From contig JBLDXI010000012.1 of NCBI GenBank assembly GCA_047495785.1, forward strand, positions 62,001 to 126,000: a DNA stretch of 64,000 nt, in the 5' to 3' direction. Below the pieces are notes generated by a model that saw nothing but the letters and a program-made list of their open reading frames with translations, made no database searches and was not told the DNA's origin. The position numbers and the translations under genes were made by a program. This DNA comes from Lepidodermella squamata. Lineage: Eukaryota > Animalia > Gastrotricha. Shown here piece after piece: positions 58,368 to 64,000 of the stretch; position 1 is the first letter of the stretch, and each line of letters starts with the position of its first letter.

Positions 58368-58712
58368 TCATGCGGTGAAGAATGAAGGGTGCGAAGCTCT
58401 CAGTTTGCCCCTTCCGCTATCGGTTTTCGGCGAGATGACGACCTTGCTTTTCACTTTGGACAAGATTTTTGTTAGCAGCCAGCGAGATAGCTGCCCAGCA
58501 TCGATGACTTCCATTCCCTGTTCAGCCTTGTTCATAGCTTTGTTCAGCCGACGGACCGTTAGCCAGTAACCTGGGGCAGTTTTCCTTGAATCTCGCAGGC
58601 TGAAGACTGGGCTAGTTTTCGGGCTTGAAATTGGCTCAATTTCGGAATAACTGAATTGTGCAACTAAGAGAATGATCGCAACAGAAATTGAGAAATAACT
58701 TTGAAGCCACAT
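58368..58712 (-). CDS. Small secreted protein, LSRWxL subfamily
   Basis: Signal peptide; GQLSRWLLTKI. Confidence 0.85.
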   Translation of the reverse strand: MWLQSYFSISVAIILLVAQFSYSEIEPISSPKTSPVFSLRDSRKTAPGYWLTVRRLNKAMNKAEQGMEVIDAGQLSRWLLTKILSKVKSKVVISPKTDSGRGKLRASHPSFFTA

Positions 58713-58989
58713 GTTAAGTGTTCAAGTGAAACGTAACGTTAAAATAATGATATATAGTTCAAGAAGCCTCCGCTTTCCCCGCTTCCTTTCTGATTTTGTG
58801 CAGAGTAACAATGCAGGAAGAGAAGGCGAAATGTTCTGGCGAAATGTCCTGGCTGAGAATGCCAACAGGAAGAACTCATCGCACACTTCCCCCTTTCCTC
58901 CTGCTTGTTAATAGGAAGTAGATTGTAATATAACGCAACTTTATTGTCAAACAGAACGAGTGCATGCGGTACATTATTATCATCATTAG

Positions 58990-59391
58990 TTAGCTCTGAG
59001 AAGTTCTTGACAACTTGAAGAACTTGTCATCGGCAATGTAATACTTCGCCACTGGAGTTGTATTGGTTGTGAAAGGTTTCGTCTGGAACGGAACATTCTT
59101 CCGATTTTTGCGGACTTTCGGCTTCCTGGAACTTGCTCCAGACTTGAGGCTGGGCTCGAGCCGCTGACCGATTGATCCTAAGTCATTCAGCTTCCTCTGC
59201 TCTGCTAACCATTTTAGCTTCTCCTTTCGAATTCTCAATTTCGCTCGAAGTTTAGCGTCGTCGATGGTTAGTAGTGAACTATCCTCCTTCGCCGAGGTAT
59301 CATGAGTTATGGCTCGATAACTAATGGCGAACCCGTCGACAAGGCCGACACAGATTGAAGCGACTATTGTAAAAATTAGAACGGTCTGCAT
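58990..59391 (-). CDS. Small secreted basic protein
   Basis: Signal peptide ending VDG; Lys/Arg-rich; YYIADDKFFKL end. Confidence 0.8.
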   Translation of the reverse strand: MQTVLIFTIVASICVGLVDGFAISYRAITHDTSAKEDSSLLTIDDAKLRAKLRIRKEKLKWLAEQRKLNDLGSIGQRLEPSLKSGASSRKPKVRKNRKNVPFQTKPFTTNTTPVAKYYIADDKFFKLSRTSQS

Positions 59392-59633
59392 TTTCGGACA
59401 AAAAGAGAAATTGACCTTGCTATATGAGTAGGAATTGCAAAAGTCATGGCAGTTAGATGACGCGATATGTCACGCCTGAGGGGCTGCGTGGATTTAATGA
59501 TTTAGCGTCAAATTATCGTAGCCGGAAATATTCCACGCTCGAGTTTTTCCATCGATCTCCTCACACGGCCCACAACCTCTTTAAAGTCATCAATGAAAGT
59601 AATACTTTTTTATTTCATGTTTCCATGGGAAAA

Positions 59634-60173
59634 TCACTCATAAGGAAAATGAGAGTTCGAAAGTGGATAATCACCATTGTCCGCGGTGACGAAATTTTGG
59701 TCGTGATTATCGTTATCGAGACCGTAAACTTCCGCCAAAACTGGATCGACGATCTGTTGATATCTCGGGTCCTCGTAACGACCGCTTCGGAACAGGAAAA
59801 AGTTACGGTGCATCAGAGCGTTTTTGCCACTAGTAGCCGCTTTGTAGGCTGTCTGCAGATCGTCGAGAAATTTGATGTAACTTCCATCGCCAGGGGCTGA
59901 TTTGTCGTCGATCGCTTCTTCATCCTCTGTTGTTGTAGTCATGACAGTGTTGATCACGTTTTCTTCAGGCTTATTCATGAGGTGACGGCCTGCCAGGCGG
60001 TTGTAGATGGAGGTTTTGTTGGCGGTAGATAAACCGCTGTTTTCGCCGCTTTCCTCGGGCCCAGCTCGGTAGTACATAGTTAGAAGTACGGCGGCGAAAC
60101 AGACGACTAAAATTAATAACGAAGACGCGATAACACAGGGCACAGCGCCGAAAATCGAACGCTTGGTCATCAT
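59634..60173 (-). CDS. Intronless protein with an N-terminal signal anchor
   Basis: Hydrophobic segment of about 25 aa; acidic Cys-free ectodomain with YEDPRY. Confidence 0.75.
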   Translation of the reverse strand: MMTKRSIFGAVPCVIASSLLILVVCFAAVLLTMYYRAGPEESGENSGLSTANKTSIYNRLAGRHLMNKPEENVINTVMTTTTEDEEAIDDKSAPGDGSYIKFLDDLQTAYKAATSGKNALMHRNFFLFRSGRYEDPRYQQIVDPVLAEVYGLDNDNHDQNFVTADNGDYPLSNSHFPYE

Positions 60174-62698
60174 AATTTTAGCTAGCGAAAAATTTATGCT
60201 GGCACAGCCAACTACGCTTCTAAAATCTCACCGACTATCTTTCGTAATTGATGAATCCGTAGTAAATGCGAAGATGTTTACGCTTTACGCAATCCCGGGG
60301 CCATTTAGTGTCTGCGGGACGTGTCCTTTGAAGATCACGACTGCCTGTCCTCCGTGGATATCTCGAGTTTCGTCGTCATGTGATCGATCGGCGCGCAATC
60401 ACGATCGTAATACGTCTATTTATTGTTGTACTCGAGCTCTTAAAGAGCATAAAAGGAATCAATTATCTCTCTTCTTTTGTAAAATTCGGCTCATGATTCA
60501 TGCGATGACGCCGGCCTGAAATAAAAGCATTACTACGGACCTCGGAAGCTCCTAGGCAATGAAAAACACTTTGAAAGTGTTTTCATCTTCAGATATATTT
60601 GAAAACAGCAAAATAACGGACGAGATGAAAAAATGAGCCTCCGAGGTGATAAACAGACCCTTTTCATTTACAAGTTATTGAATAGCTCGGCAACCGTTAA
60701 AACTTATTTGCAGAATTTTCATCGATTTGGTACAAAAGCGTAAAGATTTGCGGGTAAGTTGAGCCATCTCAAATTTGTGCGGGCTTAACGATTTTTCAAC
60801 TGTTCCTTCCTCAAAGAAATATTCACCGGACTATATTACTTATGTTGCTCAGATATGTACAGCACTTTGATTGAATAACGGGGATTCGAGAGTTGCAGCT
60901 GCAGCTGATCATTTCTACGACAAAACGAACCGGCCTGGCAACCGGATAATCTTGCGCTTGTTACTAGTGATAGACCTTAGTAATTTAATCGGAGCTTCCA
61001 GCACGGAGAAACTTCGCAGTTGAGCGAATTGCGAGAAAACCGCCGTAATTTGAGGTTTTAGAAATCCACTCTGTAAGCTTTAGTGCTGTATGCGGCGTTT
61101 TTCATTGCTTATTGAGGTATATCACAGCGCACCAAACTCTTGTTCCATTCGTTTTCTCGTGGAAATGCTCAGCTCTCAGCTTCACTGAGTTTCGTTTCCA
61201 ATCGCGCATTTCCAATGTGACTCGCTTTTTGCGGGCCTTTGCCCCATTTTAATGTGTAACAAGAAAAGTATACAACATTCATTGGAGCTTTATGGACATT
61301 TTATCCAAAGGACTGACAAGAAGAGGGCGATTTCGCCACGATCGTGGTTAATTGCTCCGTTGGTGTACATGCTTCATTTAATTTTGGCACCATCATCTTT
61401 AGAATGCTCTCGAAAAATGAACAGTGATCGCGAGCAGTGGAGGCACGTGAAATTGCATCGATTAGGATGAGTTTTTGCTGCTGTATTCGTTGCTGTGCGC
61501 TCTTGGGACTGAAACAACACTAGAATGTGTCGAGTGGCCACTTAGGTTCAATACCGCTTGATGGTAGCCAATTAATAAATCGATGTGCTGCATAATTTAC
61601 GCTGATCCTTTTCTGCATTTTCTTCATTCAGCAAGCCGATTGTAAACCGGACAAAAAACGCACCTACAAATACCGTGTCACTCAATGTTGGTTTAAAAGC
61701 TGTCATACGCTGTTTTCATTTTATTTGGGTAGATTAAAAAGGGATTTCCTGTCATACCTTAATACCTTAATTTGACCACCGGAACTCGAAATTCGCATAT
61801 GTGTTCAAATTTCGAGATAACGAATCACAGTTATGTTGGCCTATACTTTTCAACATCGAAAAATACAGTTCACGAACATCGGCTCTCAGTCAACATCCAT
61901 CAGACTGAAAGAAAGACTCGCCTGTACGAATAACATGTTTAAGTTTCAGAAAAATCGATTGCTAAAAATACTTGGGTGAGTTTTTAATTGCTGCTTCCAA
62001 CGTCCGCATTCTGCCGCCCAAGTTCTGTGAATGTCGCCCACTTCCAGGAATTTAATGCAATTCGATGAGCAGAAACCACCGCTTTCTACATCGAATAAAA
62101 ATTTCCATCATCTGCGGGTGTAACCTTTTCTAGACACTAGGAATTTCATCTAAGATTGTTCTCGCATCCCTTCTTGAGGGTGTAACTTTTACCGGTTTGA
62201 CATTGTTCCTTTTTCATCGATCGATAAGGCAATCAATTGTCAAATAGCGCGTGCATGGAAGTGCAATTTCCTTTTAAACTTTCATGGTCAGGTCACTCCT
62301 TAAAACATTACTGGCATAATGTTACTGGTGAATCCCTGGGAAATTATATCAGCACATATTTCATCCTCGCTCTCCATTAAATTCTTGTGAACTGTATTTT
62401 TTCGTTAAAAAATGTTTTTCCAGCTGCTCAGTTAGACTTGGCTGGTGATTTGCTTAGTGATTAATGAATTCACGAGGGCAATCCCTGGCAACCAGAGCGT
62501 CCCGGTAGTCAATATTGGCATTGAAAGCACAGCAAGCCACTGTGACGGCGATTCGGCGTCCGTTTGTTGAAATTATTGACCTTGAACTGTATCATTTCGG
62601 CGATAAGTAGCTGCCTAAACTCCGCGGCAGGCCCAATCGTTAAATTGCGCAATCAATCCATCGTATTGTCTCAGTCAGTTAATTTGCTCATTATTTCG

Positions 62699-64000
62699 AT
62701 GGTATGTAACTTGTTTACCTAAAAATCATACAAAGCTTAGAAGTATTATTTTTCCAGGTTGTTCAAGCAGCTTTAAAAGTCACCATCCAACACTACTTCC
62801 TGGCAGTGACAATCATTTTCAGGGGTCTATTGGCTGGTGAGGTATCTTCAAAACTATCCCCAAGGGATGAATTTTGCAGCAAACTGGCTTCCAATTGTCC
62901 TTGGCTTCAAAGTGACACTGCTATCCCCTCAGATTATCCATTCATTAATGGCTCTTACGATAACACGCCTGTTTCCATCAAATTCAAGCCTGCCTCATTC
63001 CTCGGCATATCAGACCTTCAGCAAACATTCTCTATGCAGGGACAATTTGTGTTAGAATGGCAATTGCCACCTTGCGCTACTTGGAATTCGACAGATGTCG
63101 GCGTACCTGGTCTGGAAGTGGACCATTGCGTGATCAGAAAATCGGATATATGGCTTCCAAGTATTCAGCATTTCAACCAGATAGGGGAGAATGATCCATT
63201 TGCAAGGTAAGATTTCAAACTGACCTTTTCTTATGACGTCAACATGCGCCTTTGCACCTGATCAGTTCCGGCAAATCGGATGAGTATGTGGCTGTGGATA
63301 ATACTGGGATAGTCCACTGGTCAATTCCGAACATGTTCACATCGCAATGCCCCATGTCTTTCGCAAAGTGAGTAATCCATTTATCTTCCTCTGAATTAAA
63401 AACACAATCTATTACATGTTCAAGGTTCCCCTTTGACATTCAAAAATGCGCCATAGAGATCAGTCAGTACAATAAGATGGAGACGTGCGACTTGATACCC
63501 GACCACGATGGTACCATGCGTTACTTCAAAGGTGAACAAGCGTTCAGCGTATTCTCCGAGAGTGACCTGTGGGAACTGGCCAATTTTACTACTGAACGAA
63601 TTTCCCCAGAAAATGAAGACATCATCCGATTCGTGTTCACATTTCAGCGAAAGGCCAACGCTTATACTGCAGTTGTTTTCATACCGATGGCGCTGCTGTC
63701 TTTGCTGCAGTTGAGTATTCTCGGAATGCCAGCAGAAATGCCTGATCGAGCTGCCCTCGCTATGACAGCTTTCTTAGCCTCAGGCGTGCTTCTCAGCTTG
63801 ATAAGTGGTCAGTGCCCAGCAACACCCGAAATTATGCTGATGACAGCCAATCTGACAATTCAAATGACTGTTGGTACATTCATAACAAGCTACACCCTCC
63901 TGGTGTGTCGATTTGCTAACAATCGAAAGTCAAAGTTTTGCGTCAAATCAACTTATTTGGGCTGCTTATCGCTGACATTCGTAGATTTTTGTGATTTGGT
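62699..64000 (+). CDS. Highly divergent Cys-loop ligand-gated ion channel subunit (3' end beyond the window)
   Basis: ATG|intron|VVQAALK...; IWLPSI; Cys-loop CPMSFAK|FPFDIQKC; FTFQRK before M1; M2 PDRAALAMTAFLA; M3; apparently short M3-M4 loop. Confidence 0.85.

Noticed and set aside
26907-59900. Numerous antisense ORFs overlapping array genes (e.g. 26907, 28584, 40963, 43835, 49249, 59457)
   Set aside because: Shadows of the opposite-strand coding sequence; no signal peptides or motifs.
12089-60173. Assigning array genes to known neuropeptide families (RFamide, Wamide, NPY, insulin etc.) or naming the species
   Set aside because: Diagnostic motifs and Cys frameworks are absent, and no database search was possible.
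60600-62650. Coding-like composition on the minus strand
   Set aside because: Frequent stops in the frames tried and no recognisable domain.

Overview
This is compact, AT-rich animal genomic DNA with short GT-AG introns (about 40-60 bp); the species cannot be determined from the window. From left to right: (1) a frameshifted relic plus two tandem divergent Cys-loop ligand-gated ion channel genes (0.3-5.4 kb, minus strand); (2) an atypical cadherin gene with about 10 repeats and a 17-Cys insert inside its first repeat (5.6-11.9 kb); (3) the dominant feature, an array of about 49 intronless 51-197 aa genes between 12.1 and 60.2 kb; (4) a third, very different orphan Cys-loop channel that runs off the right end. 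Each array gene has an N-terminal signal peptide or anchor and an essentially Cys-free mature part, often with KR/RxRR cleavage sites and sometimes an amidation Gly. The genes fall into several subfamilies linked by short shared motifs (DDxH...DPxY, YPAW, I-x-W/F-INGxx-Y/F-K, W-x-KRG, GRYGNL...LHL, RxRR-YY, LSRWxL). I do not recognise them as any conserved neuropeptide, toxin or defensin family, so this lineage-specific secreted-peptide repertoire is the best candidate for an undescribed system. The array is interrupted by two transposon islands (about 17.6-24.6 kb and 35.6-40.1 kb). These hold foldback/MITE elements, a pogo-like element, Penelope-like remnants with minimal hammerhead ribozymes, and a doubly disrupted Cys-rich membrane-protein gene. 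All calls come from manual reading and translation; no database searches were run.
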